From: Spirochaetia bacterium
Lineage (GTDB): Bacteria > Spirochaetota > Spirochaetia > CAKZLE01
DNA: 64,000 nt
Assembly (NCBI GenBank): GCA_963677595.1
Contig: OY782041.1
Coordinates: 4,224,001 to 4,288,000 of the forward strand
Direction of reading: 5' to 3'
Position 1 is the first letter of the stretch. Each line of letters starts with the position of its first letter. Shown here piece after piece: positions 36,224 through 46,278 of the stretch. Below the pieces are notes generated by a model. It was not told where the DNA came from and made no database searches. It worked only from the letters and a program-made list of their open reading frames with translations. The position numbers were made by a program, and so were the translations under genes.

Positions 36224-37447
36224 ATGGACAACAGTACAGACACACATCCTCAACTTATCATACAGGATGTCTGGAAGCTCTATGGTAAAGACCCCAACCG
36301 GGTCTTTACCAAGAAGCTCGAGAATAAGTCTAAGGATGAGATTCAGAAGAAAACCGGCTGCATCGTTGGTATGAGGAATATCAACCTGGAGATCCATAAG
36401 GGGGAGTTCTACATCCTCATGGGTCTTTCGGGAAGTGGGAAGTCCACCCTGATCAGGGCACTGATCAGGCTGATCAAGACGTCCCGGGGATCGATCACGA
36501 TCAACGGGAAGGACATCACGAAGATGAACAACGAGCAGCTCCTGCAGTTCAGGAGGGACACCTTCGGGATGGTCTTCCAGCACTACGGGCTGCTTCCCCA
36601 CATGACCGTCCTCGATAACGCCGCCTATGGGCTCAAGATCAAGGGCATGCCAAAGGGTGAACGCTACGCGAAAGCGATGCAGACACTGGAGACCGTAGGA
36701 CTCAAGGGCTGGGAAGACTATTATCCCGGCTCCCTGAGCGGCGGGATGCAGCAGCGTGTCGGCCTGGCACGTGCATTGGCGAATGACCCTGAGATCCTGC
36801 TGATGGATGAGCCGTTCAGCGGGCTCGACCCACTGATCAGGAGACAGATGCAGGATGAGTTGGTAGAGCTCCAATCAAAGCTGAAGAAGACCATCATCTT
36901 CGTTACCCATGACCTGCATGAAGCACTGAAACTCGGTGACCAGATCGCGATCCTGAGAAATGGTGAAGTCGTCCAGGTGGGGTCCCCTGAGGAGATCGTC
37001 ACCAATCCTGCAGATGATTATGTGAAGGAGTTCGTTCAGGATGCCTCTCCGGCAAAAGTCCTGACAGCCGGGAATATCATGTCGGACCCGATCATGCTCG
37101 CATATGCCTGGGAAGGACCCAAGACGGCCCTCACCCTGATGCGATCCAATAAGAGAAAGGCTGCCTTCGTGGTGAACCAGGGACGTGAACTTCTTGGCGT
37201 GATTCGCGAGAAGGATCTTGAATCTCTACTGGAGCTGGAAGAGAAACCGAAGACTATACCCATGAGCTCGATCAAGCACGTGACGACCGTGACGGAGGAT
37301 GCCCTCATAGAGGATATGTTCCCGATCGTCAGCGAGAATCCCTGGCCTATCCCGGTAGTGGATGAGAAGAACCGGTTCAAGGGGATCGTCACGACCGACC
37401 AGATCTTTGAGTCTTTGACTCCGGCAGGAGGTGAGAACCATGCTTGA
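36224..37447 (+). CDS. proV: Glycine betaine ABC ATP-binding protein with CBS domains
   Basis: MGLSGSGKS, LSGGMQQRVGLARAL, MDEPFSGLDPLIR. Confidence 0.93.
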   Translation: MDNSTDTHPQLIIQDVWKLYGKDPNRVFTKKLENKSKDEIQKKTGCIVGMRNINLEIHKGEFYILMGLSGSGKSTLIRALIRLIKTSRGSITINGKDITKMNNEQLLQFRRDTFGMVFQHYGLLPHMTVLDNAAYGLKIKGMPKGERYAKAMQTLETVGLKGWEDYYPGSLSGGMQQRVGLARALANDPEILLMDEPFSGLDPLIRRQMQDELVELQSKLKKTIIFVTHDLHEALKLGDQIAILRNGEVVQVGSPEEIVTNPADDYVKEFVQDASPAKVLTAGNIMSDPIMLAYAWEGPKTALTLMRSNKRKAAFVVNQGRELLGVIREKDLESLLELEEKPKTIPMSSIKHVTTVTEDALIEDMFPIVSENPWPIPVVDEKNRFKGIVTTDQIFESLTPAGGENHA

Positions 37448-38282
37448 ATTCCCTGAGATTATCGACATACCGGTAGCAAAAGCCATTGATGCAGGCATGA
37501 ACTGGCTGCTGCTGCATTTGGACGGGTTCTTCGACGTTGTAGGCTCGATCATCCTGCAGGTTGTACTTGGTTTCGAGAAGCTGCTGCTCTTCATCCCCTG
37601 GTTCATCATCGTATTAGCGGTAGGACTAGCCGGGTGGAAACTGCTGGGAAAGATCAAGACCGCGATCGTGTTCATGGCCATGATGTTCATCATAGGATCC
37701 TTTGGCTATTGGGACCTGGCTATGAGGACACTCAGCCTGGTGCTGGCTTCAGTATTCTTCTCGCTGCTCATCGGGCTGCCGACCGGCATCAAGATGGCAC
37801 GCAGTGAACGTGCGGAGCGTTTCCTCCAGCCGCTGCTCGATGCCATGCAGACCATGCCGAGTTTCGTCTACCTGATCCCTGCACTCATGTTCTTCGGGAT
37901 GGGTAAGGTGCCCGCCATGTTCGCTACGATCATCTATGCTGTACCGCCGGTGATCCGGCTGACGAACGTCGGGATCAGGACGGTGGACGTGGAGGCGGTC
38001 GAGGCCGCCAAGGCGTTCGGGGCTACCCCGCGACAGATCCTTTTCGACGTGCAGCTCCCGCTGGCGAAACCCTCGATCATGGTTGGGATCAACCAGACGA
38101 CCATGATGGCCCTCGCGATGGTGGTCATCGGTTCGATGATCGGTGCGAAGGGACTCGGGATGGAGGTCCTCCTCTCGATCAGTCGTATCGATGTGGGCAG
38201 GGGCTTCGAGGCAGGGATCTCGATCGTCTTCCTTGCCATCATCATCGACAGGATCACCCACTCGTTCTCCAGCAAGAAATAA
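37440..38282 (+). CDS. proW: Glycine betaine ABC permease
   Basis: PLLDAMQTMPSFVYLIP, EAAKAFG, GINQTTMMAL; AGGAGG RBS. Confidence 0.93.
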   Translation: MLEFPEIIDIPVAKAIDAGMNWLLLHLDGFFDVVGSIILQVVLGFEKLLLFIPWFIIVLAVGLAGWKLLGKIKTAIVFMAMMFIIGSFGYWDLAMRTLSLVLASVFFSLLIGLPTGIKMARSERAERFLQPLLDAMQTMPSFVYLIPALMFFGMGKVPAMFATIIYAVPPVIRLTNVGIRTVDVEAVEAAKAFGATPRQILFDVQLPLAKPSIMVGINQTTMMALAMVVIGSMIGAKGLGMEVLLSISRIDVGRGFEAGISIVFLAIIIDRITHSFSSKK

Positions 38283-38291
38283 CGTCAATAC

Positions 38292-38326
38292 TAAGGAGAC
38301 GGCAGCTGCCGTCTCCTTATTTTTTT
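38292..38326 (+). terminator. Intrinsic terminator
   Basis: TAAGGAGACGGCAG/CTGCCGTCTCCTTA palindrome followed by a T-run. Confidence 0.85.
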
Positions 38327-38334
38327 CCTACCCG

Positions 38335-38610
38335 CTAACGCTTCCCGGTGAGCTTGATGATATGATACCCGAACTGTGTGCGAACCAGACCGCTGATCCT
38401 GCCTACCGAGAGTCTGCTGCAGGCCTGCTCGAAGGCCGGCACCATCTTCCCCGGGCCGAACCAGCCAAGGTCTCCGCCTTTCGACTTGCTCGGGCAGGTC
38501 GAGAAATCGCGGGCAAGGGCCTCGAACCGGGCCCCACCCTTTATCTTCGCCAGCAGCCGTTCTGCCAGCGCCTTGTCTTTAACCAATATGTGACTTGCTT
38601 TCCATTCCAT
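38335..38610 (-). CDS. ppiC: Parvulin peptidyl-prolyl isomerase
   Basis: ASHILVK, F..LA..FS.CPS..GGDLG.F..G.MVP.FE, TQFGYHII. Confidence 0.93.
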   Translation of the reverse strand: MEWKASHILVKDKALAERLLAKIKGGARFEALARDFSTCPSKSKGGDLGWFGPGKMVPAFEQACSRLSVGRISGLVRTQFGYHIIKLTGKR

Positions 38611-38688
38611 AGCTCTAGAATCTAGCAAATTACGTTTATCCTGTCACTACTATTGACCGCCTGAAGAGAAAACCCTACTATGCTCAGT

Positions 38689-39711
38689 ATGAAGATAGCA
38701 CGAGAACCATACGGAACATTGAAGGACGGCAGGGCCGTCGATGTCATCACGCTGGAGAACTCGAACGGGTACTCAGCGCAGGTCATCACCTACGGTGCCT
38801 ATCTGGTATCCTTCAAAGGACCGGACAAGGATGGGAAGATCGAGGAGCTCACCAGGAACTATCCTGACCTGGCTGCCTATGAGGATAAGACGAACTACCA
38901 TGGGGCGACAGTCGGCAGGTATGCCAACCGAATCGGGGGGAACACCTTCTCGATCGACGGCACAAGCTATGACCTCACGCCCAACAATGAGTTCTTCCAG
39001 CTGCATGGGGGGCCGGACGGCTTCAATACGAAGATATGGGAAGCCTTCCCCATCAGGTATGAGGAACGGGCCTCGGTGAAGCTCACCCTCACCAGCGAGG
39101 ACGGCGACCAGGGGTATCCGGGGACGCTCGATGTGGCCCTCACGATCACCCTCACCGAGCAGAACGAGCTCTTCTTCGTCTATGAGGCTGCAACCGACAA
39201 GAACACCTATGTGAGCCTCACCAACCATACCTACTGGAACCTCAGCGGGAAACCCGGCATCAAGAAGATCGATGACCAGCTGCTGAAGATCCACTCAGAG
39301 AAGACCGTCGATATCGACGTGCACCAGGTACCGACCGGCAAGTTCAACCCGGTTGAAGGGACGATCTTCGATTTCACCGAACGAAAGCGGATCGGGGATG
39401 ATATCATGAAGATCGATGCCGACCCCGTCGGCTACGACCATAACTTCTGCCTCTCAGACCGGAAAGGCGTCCAGGATGCTGCGGAACTCTATGACCCGGA
39501 GTCAGGGCGACTGATGAAGGTCCTCACCGATGCACCGGGACTGCAGTTCTATTCGGACAACCATGACACGGAACACCCCCATACCGCTCTCTGTCTCGAG
39601 GCTGGGGAACTGCCCGATGCCATGAACCATGAGAACTTCTACTCTCCCCTGCTCGAACCGGGAAAGCTCTACCGGCAGGTGACGATACACAGCTTCTTCG
39701 TGATTGATTAG
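38689..39711 (+). CDS. galM: Aldose 1-epimerase
   Basis: GATVGRYANRI, LHGG, GDQGYPG, LTNHTYWNL, GYDHNF. Confidence 0.93.
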   Translation: MKIAREPYGTLKDGRAVDVITLENSNGYSAQVITYGAYLVSFKGPDKDGKIEELTRNYPDLAAYEDKTNYHGATVGRYANRIGGNTFSIDGTSYDLTPNNEFFQLHGGPDGFNTKIWEAFPIRYEERASVKLTLTSEDGDQGYPGTLDVALTITLTEQNELFFVYEAATDKNTYVSLTNHTYWNLSGKPGIKKIDDQLLKIHSEKTVDIDVHQVPTGKFNPVEGTIFDFTERKRIGDDIMKIDADPVGYDHNFCLSDRKGVQDAAELYDPESGRLMKVLTDAPGLQFYSDNHDTEHPHTALCLEAGELPDAMNHENFYSPLLEPGKLYRQVTIHSFFVID

Positions 39712-39730
39712 GGATAAGAAGCATACGTTT

Positions 39731-39769
39731 TTCAGGACTGAGACCCGCATAAGCGGTTTCAGTCCTGAA
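39731..39769. terminator. Hairpin downstream of galM
   Basis: TTCAGGACTGA...TCAGTCCTGAA inverted repeat. Confidence 0.6.
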
Positions 39770-39975
39770 GGGTTTGAACCTCTTCATACACAGTAATCTC
39801 CTCGCCATAGTGCCATCTCAGACAATGATCCCAAACAGAAACATGCGGTTAGAAACATTTACTCTGTTACAGAATGTGTGATACACTCTAAATATAAGAA
39901 CTTAGTAGCTTACGTAACAACAGCTGTTCATGCCCCTGAGACATCAGTTACAACGCTTACTACAGGGGAGGTCGT

Positions 39976-40910
39976 ATGAAACATTCCGGACCATTGCCAT
40001 CCTGCTTGGTATCATCACGGTAGCAGTCTTATCCTCTTGCGACTTATTTCAATCTTCTGCAGGCAACGATCCCTTCTTCGGCAGTATGCTGGAATTCGAT
40101 ACCTATGGTCATGTAGAACAGCATGTCACCTACTCGCTCTATGACTGGAGGAAATGGGATACGGATGAGTACAAGTACAAGACACGCAGGATCCTCCTCG
40201 ATCCGGACGGGTCCTACCATATAGCTGAATACCTCTATGAATCGGCAGATGATGACCTGAACGGCAACGATATACAAGGCGAGGGGGAGATTGTCAGCTA
40301 TAAGGAATGGGGAAGCTATTCCTATGATGTTGATACGTATACCCTTACCTATAACCGCAGCAGCTACAAAGCCTTCTATGATGATGCCTATCCTCCTGCA
40401 TATACCGAGGAACCCGCTGCGCATCTCTTTCCAGCAGGGAGCTACAAGAAAGAGTCGGTAGTCTTGACCGAAAGGAGCTATGCAAAAGCTTATGTGCAGG
40501 ACAACCTGAACTGGACCTACTCCTATACCGATAAGAGAAGCCAGAAAGATGTCTATCAGGAATCCTTCAAGGTAACCTCGGGCGTACTCAACCATTCCTA
40601 CAGCTACTGGGAGAACTATATCGATACTGCAGATCCCGGAGATCTCCATGCTGAGGAGATCTGGAATGTCGAGATCATCAACACCAACCCCATTGAAGGA
40701 TTCACCTCTCCTGACCCGTATGTCCAGCTCAACGGCATATACTCATCATTCAAGCAGCGCAACTGGGACGCGTCCGCCAAGTCCCTGGGAGCATGGGTAG
40801 ATGATCCGTATCAGGCTGTTCATGGTCCCTACAACAAAGGGTTCTATCGCTTTGGGGATGTCCTGGTATATGATGAAGATATCCTGGATCTGAATCGGGG
40901 CAGTCTCTGA
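39976..40910 (+). CDS. Tyr-rich hypothetical lipoprotein with apparent 1-nt frameshift just after the start
   Basis: GGGAGG-ATG39976 is out of frame; adding one A gives MKTFRTIAILLGIITVAVLSS-C lipoprotein signal. Confidence 0.6.
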
Positions 40911-40919
40911 AGGGTCTAT

Positions 40920-41444
40920 TCACTGTGACAGCAGCATCTCCATGTAGTATCTTGGCTCATGGGCCTCAGGAGGGATGCCGAGTTCATCCATGAAGGAGAC
41001 GATCTGATCCTTTGCTGCTTCGACGGTCCTCTCATCATCGGTCTCGGAGAGGATCTCCACCTCGATGAACCAGCCGAGGGGCGGTACCTCCCATAACCCG
41101 ACGGTCATACCGTTAACGGTACCTATATACCCTCTCTTCTCTTTCTTCACATAGACCTCATAGCCGAGGGACTCTGAGAACTCTCTGAACGCTTCAGGGT
41201 CGGAGACCTCATACTCGATCTCGTCATTGACCTCCAGGGCCCCGATCCTCTTACGCTGCTTCCTCGTCACGATCCCCTTCCCTCCTGACAGGCGAAGCCT
41301 GAAGAGGGTCGCATCTCTTCCCTTGTCTGGGGAGAAGTAGTAGGTATCGCTGGTATGGATCGATCCCAGGGGGCACAAGCCTTCTATAGTACGCTTGAGC
41401 TCTTCATGGTTCGCCGCATGTGCCTTGATCTCGATCTCTTTCAT
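40920..41444 (-). CDS. cyaB: CYTH-domain protein (class IV adenylate cyclase-like)
   Basis: EIEIK, DTYY, RLR, EIE, K.KR, LGWFIEVE. Confidence 0.8.
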   Translation of the reverse strand: MKEIEIKAHAANHEELKRTIEGLCPLGSIHTSDTYYFSPDKGRDATLFRLRLSGGKGIVTRKQRKRIGALEVNDEIEYEVSDPEAFREFSESLGYEVYVKKEKRGYIGTVNGMTVGLWEVPPLGWFIEVEILSETDDERTVEAAKDQIVSFMDELGIPPEAHEPRYYMEMLLSQ

Positions 41445-42217
41445 CAGTCCTTCCAGGGGAAGATCATCCCCTTGAGGGTCCGGTGGCCGACCTTCTCCTT
41501 CTCCTCAAAGAGCAGCCCTACCCAGGGTATATGCTTCCGGTCCGCTTCAGGTTCCGATTCAAGGTAGTCGTACTTGAACATGAGCAGCTTGCAGGCTACC
41601 TGGTGGGAGAGGAGGATACCTCCCGCACTCGGGATCAGCAGGGCCGCGAAGATAGAGATGATGAAGTTGATGATCGTATAGAAGAGGAGGAAGATCGAGA
41701 AGCCGGTATTGTCCAGGAAGACCAGGAATGACTTCTTCAGCGCCTTGAACGGCCTGTCCTTCAGCTGCGCGCTGATGGGCAGGAAGTAGAGCAGGCTGAT
41801 CATGGTCACGATCACGATCCAGAAGAGGACCGCGGTGACGGCGATCCCGAGTATGTTGCTCATGCTGAGATAGAAGGGCATGATCACGATGAACATGATG
41901 AGGATGATGGCATTCAGTGCTGCTAAGAGCAGTGCATGCTTATAGGCATCCTTCACCGCCTGCCAGAACTCGGCGAACCCCGGTCTCTGGTAGTTGGCCT
42001 GGTGCATCGTGAAGAAGGATGCGCCTCCCAAGGCGAAGTGCAGCAGGACGAACCAGATCAGCAGCAGGATAATGCCGAGCGGCACGCTGAACTGGATGAG
42101 GGTGAATGCCCCGTAGCCTGCCGCAAGGAGGGCTACGAAGATGAGATTGACCAGCACCAGTGAGATGAGGTTGTCCCATCCGTCAAAGAATGCCTTCTTG
42201 ATAAAAAAACCTGTCAT
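41444..42217 (-). CDS. Conserved integral membrane protein (YesL/DUF624-like)
   Basis: About 6 TM segments; start MTGFFIKKAFFDGWDN after AAGGA. Confidence 0.65.
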   Translation of the reverse strand: MTGFFIKKAFFDGWDNLISLVLVNLIFVALLAAGYGAFTLIQFSVPLGIILLLIWFVLLHFALGGASFFTMHQANYQRPGFAEFWQAVKDAYKHALLLAALNAIILIMFIVIMPFYLSMSNILGIAVTAVLFWIVIVTMISLLYFLPISAQLKDRPFKALKKSFLVFLDNTGFSIFLLFYTIINFIISIFAALLIPSAGGILLSHQVACKLLMFKYDYLESEPEADRKHIPWVGLLFEEKEKVGHRTLKGMIFPWKD

Positions 42218-42284
42218 GTATAAATCCTTTTTTTTCGCTACCGATAATCTACTCAATAATCGGGAAAAAGGCCAGTAGGTTCTC

Positions 42285-42953
42285 TCAGGTAAGGGAGGCT
42301 GCGAAGATGAGTCCCTCACCCTTCCCCAGCCCATAGCGGGATGCGTCGATGGGGAACTTCCCCATGAGCGTAAACCCATGGCTTAAGTAGAAGGGAACTG
42401 CCTTCGTGTTGAAGGAGGTGGTCCCGAGGTGTACCCCGGGGACCGCACGTTCCTGCAGCTCACCCAGGAACCGCTCCATCAGCCTCCCACCGATCCCCAG
42501 CCTCTGGAATTCCGGGAGGATGTTTATATGGAGGTGGGCTGGATAGGAGGATACTTCCGGAGGGAGTGCCTCCCAGAGGCCCGAGATCTCCCGGTGGAGG
42601 TCCTCACGCACCCACCTGGCATACTGGTCATCGTAGAGCAGGCCGTTTTCCCTGATCCAGGTGAGCCTTCTCCATATCTTCGGCAGGATGAGGTCACAGA
42701 ACCGTGCCCGCTGCCTGACGGTATCGGCAGTGCCGATGATGTAACCGGCAACCTCCCCATCCACGATGGCTGCGAATGAGAGCTCAGCCTCATAGGTGAT
42801 GTAGTACCAGGAGTAGAGATAGCTGAAGATCAGCCGGTCGGGGACGATCCCCCAACCGGTGAGGTCCTCCCCGAAGAGACCGGTCCTCCAGGTGATGTCT
42901 ACGACTGCATGCCGGTCAGCCGGGACGATGTTCCGAATCTCAACGGGCTTCAT
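42285..42953 (-). CDS. GNAT family N-acetyltransferase
   Basis: YPAHLHINILPEFQRLGIG, GVHLG...N.KA..FY...GF. Confidence 0.9.
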   Translation of the reverse strand: MKPVEIRNIVPADRHAVVDITWRTGLFGEDLTGWGIVPDRLIFSYLYSWYYITYEAELSFAAIVDGEVAGYIIGTADTVRQRARFCDLILPKIWRRLTWIRENGLLYDDQYARWVREDLHREISGLWEALPPEVSSYPAHLHINILPEFQRLGIGGRLMERFLGELQERAVPGVHLGTTSFNTKAVPFYLSHGFTLMGKFPIDASRYGLGKGEGLIFAASLT

Positions 42954-44208
42954 GAGGCTCACCTGAATCATCCGAGATCTTGAGGACCCCGAGCAGGATG
43001 ATCGCGGCTGCCCCGAAGATCATGAAGGCAGTACCGATCCCCCGGGAATCGACGAGGAACCCGAAGATCGGGGCCGCGATCGCCGTGATGAGTGTCTGTA
43101 CCTGGGATTCACCTGAGAGTCCGGTGGCCATGACCGAATGGTCGATGTTCTCGCTGAGATAGGCGACCGTGAGCGGCTTCCTGATATTCTGCACCATGTA
43201 GAAGAGGACGAAGATGATGATGACCACACCATTGAGTTCCATCCTGAAGAGCACGCCCGCAGCTATCATGAAGATCGCCCCCGTGAGATAGAGGAGGTTC
43301 ATACTCCGCGGAAGGCCCCGGTTCCTCGCGCTGAACTTCCCCGCATTCCGTGAGGAGACTGAGGTAAGCAGGAAGAGGAAGAAATAGACGATGCCGATGA
43401 CCAGGGAGGACCGCTCGTGATCGGTCAGGAAGACCAGGATGGGCAGGGCCACGGAGAACTGGTAGACGATCTGCTGCAGGTAGTCCTTGCTGGTCTTGAA
43501 GAGCGACTCATAGAGACTGCAGTTGAGGACACAGGTCCTGAGTTTCTTCCCGATGAAGATGCTCAGCAGGGCTTTGAGGCTCCTGCCCATCTGCTCCCTC
43601 AGGCTGAGTCCCGAATCCGTATGGCCTGCGGTAAAATCGAGTTCCTTGGGATAGCTGATCATGAGGAACAGCCCCCCGATATAGGGGATGAGGGTCCAGA
43701 GGAAGACTGAACGGTAGTTCCCCGAGAAGAAGACGATCGCTGCCGCGATCAGCGACGAGACTGCCGAGCCGGTCTGCGACCAGCCCCTCGTCTGCCCGTA
43801 GTACTCGGCCTTGAGGTGCAGCATCTCATGGATGCGCAGGTACTCGAGGATCATGGCCTTATGGGTCCCGGTACGGAACGCCTCACCGACGGAGAAGAGC
43901 ACCATTGCAAGGGCGAACATGAAGAAGTTCTTCGAGAAGAAGAGGATGATGAATGACAGGATGTAACCGGTGAAGCAGATGATCATGCTCTTCCGCCTGC
44001 CGAACGAGTCAGCGAAGATCCCGGAGGGGATCTCCAACAGGTTGGTGCCGATCTCCCTGATGGAGAAGAGCAGACCGATCTGGGTGTAGCTCTCCCCCAC
44101 GCTGTGGAAGAAGAGCAGGAGATAGGGATCGAAGAACCTGAGGTTCTTCAGGAACCCGTAGAGGGAGAACTTCCAGAACTGCTTATCATGTACCAATGTG
44201 TCTTTCAT
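42940..44208 (-). CDS. MFS transporter
   Basis: EIPSGIFADSFGRR motif A; about 12 TM. Confidence 0.9.
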   Translation of the reverse strand: MKDTLVHDKQFWKFSLYGFLKNLRFFDPYLLLFFHSVGESYTQIGLLFSIREIGTNLLEIPSGIFADSFGRRKSMIICFTGYILSFIILFFSKNFFMFALAMVLFSVGEAFRTGTHKAMILEYLRIHEMLHLKAEYYGQTRGWSQTGSAVSSLIAAAIVFFSGNYRSVFLWTLIPYIGGLFLMISYPKELDFTAGHTDSGLSLREQMGRSLKALLSIFIGKKLRTCVLNCSLYESLFKTSKDYLQQIVYQFSVALPILVFLTDHERSSLVIGIVYFFLFLLTSVSSRNAGKFSARNRGLPRSMNLLYLTGAIFMIAAGVLFRMELNGVVIIIFVLFYMVQNIRKPLTVAYLSENIDHSVMATGLSGESQVQTLITAIAAPIFGFLVDSRGIGTAFMIFGAAAIILLGVLKISDDSGEPHEAR

Positions 44209-44274
44209 ATGACACAGATCATACCCTATTTTGCGGGGGAGAGCTATAGATAGTAGGATTTGGGCAAAAAAAAG

Positions 44275-44347
44275 TAGTGGAGAAGGGATTTGAACCCCTG
44301 ACCGAACGGATATGAGCCGTTTGCTCTACCGACTGAGCTACTCCACC
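44275..44347 (-). tRNA. tRNA-Met (CAT), probably elongator
   Basis: GGTGGAGTAGCTCAGTCGGTAGAGCAAACGGCT-CAT-ATCCGTT...GGTTCAAATCC; lacks initiator GGG/CCC anticodon stem; Ile2 not excluded. Confidence 0.9.
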
Positions 44348-44406
44348 ACGATTAAAGAAATGTACGTATCTGATTCAGGGGAAGCCCCTTGCATCAGACC
44401 TTCCGT

Positions 44407-44435
44407 ACTATAGCAACGAACGCAGAACGTGTCAA
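44407..44435 (-). promoter_or_regulatory. tRNA-Met promoter
   Basis: TTGACA-17-TATAGT with extended TG. Confidence 0.75.
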
Positions 44436-44453
44436 TCATCCGCAGGAAGAAAA

Positions 44454-44909
44454 TCACATTTCTATGTGCGCGATCTTCCACTGGCCGTCACGTTCGAGCA
44501 GGAAGACCATACCGGTACGGGTCGCCTCCTCACTCCCTGGCGGGAAGAAGAGCCGGAAGGGGATCCTCATCCCTTCCGAGGCTACCGGCATGCCGAACCT
44601 GACATCCTCTGCCGGCAGGGACCCGAAGAGCTCATCCCCATAGAGGGTCTCAGCCATGAAGGAGGTCTCCTGCAGGAAGTATCCAGATTTCTCTGCAGCC
44701 GGTTCCGCAGTGAGGAAGAACGGCTCGAGCAGGGCTCGCACCGCAGGATCCTGCAGTCCTCCCTGGGGGATCCTGCCGATCCCGGGGTCCCGGGCGTAGA
44801 CCGCTTCGCTCTTTTTCATACTCATGGTCTCACGAGCAGTGTCACTGAGAGCCCACAGGGGAGAAAGAGAGAAGAACAGGATGGTCGTTAGCAGGATGGC
44901 CCGTCTCAT
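44454..44909 (-). CDS. Exported hypothetical protein
   Basis: Signal peptide MRRAILLTTILFFSLSPLWA; C-terminal LERDGQWKI; own promoter. Confidence 0.6.
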   Translation of the reverse strand: MRRAILLTTILFFSLSPLWALSDTARETMSMKKSEAVYARDPGIGRIPQGGLQDPAVRALLEPFFLTAEPAAEKSGYFLQETSFMAETLYGDELFGSLPAEDVRFGMPVASEGMRIPFRLFFPPGSEEATRTGMVFLLERDGQWKIAHIEM

Positions 44910-44976
44910 ATGTGTTCACTATAGCAGGGAAATGAGTACTGGACAATACTGATTGCCATGGGCTACTATTGAGGGT

Positions 44977-46260
44977 ATGAGCACGTCCTACCACCAGATC
45001 TACAGTTTCCTCAGCACAGAATGCACCAGCCCGGTGCGTGACCCGGTCTGGGGAACAGTCCTCATGCCTCCTTCGTTCATGCAGCTGCTTACGCTGCCTG
45101 TCGTGCAGAAGCTCGCCAGGATCAGGCAGCTCGGGCCGACCTACCTGGTCTACCCCGGGGCCGTGCACACCCGGCTGAACCACAGTATCGGGGTCTACGA
45201 GATCGCCAAGCGCATGATGCTCGTCCTCATGCAGCAGCAGTCACCATCGGAGGCCGGACCCTTCACGATCGAGGGGGTGCGGGCCTTTCTCTCGGCAGCC
45301 CTCCTCCATGACATCGGCCATTTCCCCTATACGCACTCACTCAAGGACCTGCCGCTCACCAGCCACGAGACCCTGGCAGCACGGATCATCATGGAGCAGG
45401 AGGATCTCAAGTCGGTCATCACTGACCGGATCGGGAGCTCCCCTGCTCAGGTTGCCGCCATCATCGATGACAGCATCAGGTATGATGATGCTGAGATCGC
45501 GCTCTACCGCTCCATGCTCTCGGGGACCCTGGACCCTGACAAGCTCGACTACCTCAACCGCGACGCCCTCTTCTGCGGCGTCCCCTACGGGCTGCAGGAT
45601 GTGGATTTCATCCTGACCAAGATCCGGCTTACGGAGAACGGGAACCTGGGGATCATGAAGCAGGGTATCGGCTCCATCGAGCACCTGCTCTTCAGCAAGT
45701 ACCTCATGTACCGGAACATCTACTGGAACAAGTCGGTCAGGAGTGCCACCGCCATGATCAGGAAGGCACTCTGCCTGGGCCTGGAGGAGGGGGTCATCTC
45801 CCCTAACGACCTCTACGGGCTCGATGACAGCCAGTTCACCGGGCTGCTGCGGTCGAAGGGCTACCAGCCCTTCTCCATCATCGACTTAGTCAACGACAAC
45901 CGACTCTTCCGGCCCGCTGCGACCCTCGCATCAGGGGAGTTCACCGGGGAGATCGAGCGATTGAGGGACTACGATACCCGGATCGCACTCGAGGAAGAGC
46001 TGCGATCACTGATCGCACGGACTACAGGGGCGACCCTCTCCCCCTGGGAGGTCATCATCGACATCCCAGAGCCGATCTCCCTCGAGACCGAGGTGCCTAT
46101 CATCGGCAGGGACGGATTCACTGCCCCATTCCTCGAATCTGGGCCGGTCTTCACCAGGTCGGTCATCGACCGATTTACAAAAAGCCTGACAACCATTAGG
46201 ATATTCCTTCCTGAGGGGATCGCAGTCGACAGGTCACTGGTCCTGGAACTCCTCAACTAA
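44977..46260 (+). CDS. HD-superfamily phosphohydrolase (dNTPase/SAMHD1-like)
   Basis: RDPVWG, QLG..LVYPGA.HTR..HS.GV, LLHDIGH, D.DKLDYL.RD. Confidence 0.9.
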   Translation: MSTSYHQIYSFLSTECTSPVRDPVWGTVLMPPSFMQLLTLPVVQKLARIRQLGPTYLVYPGAVHTRLNHSIGVYEIAKRMMLVLMQQQSPSEAGPFTIEGVRAFLSAALLHDIGHFPYTHSLKDLPLTSHETLAARIIMEQEDLKSVITDRIGSSPAQVAAIIDDSIRYDDAEIALYRSMLSGTLDPDKLDYLNRDALFCGVPYGLQDVDFILTKIRLTENGNLGIMKQGIGSIEHLLFSKYLMYRNIYWNKSVRSATAMIRKALCLGLEEGVISPNDLYGLDDSQFTGLLRSKGYQPFSIIDLVNDNRLFRPAATLASGEFTGEIERLRDYDTRIALEEELRSLIARTTGATLSPWEVIIDIPEPISLETEVPIIGRDGFTAPFLESGPVFTRSVIDRFTKSLTTIRIFLPEGIAVDRSLVLELLN

Positions 46261-46278
46261 CAAGGTCAAGGAAGGACT

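Noticed and set aside
42228-42235. T8 tract (and C7T6 near 32763) as phase-variation sites
   Set aside because: Short, intergenic, and consistent with ordinary terminator or A-rich translation-enhancer sequence
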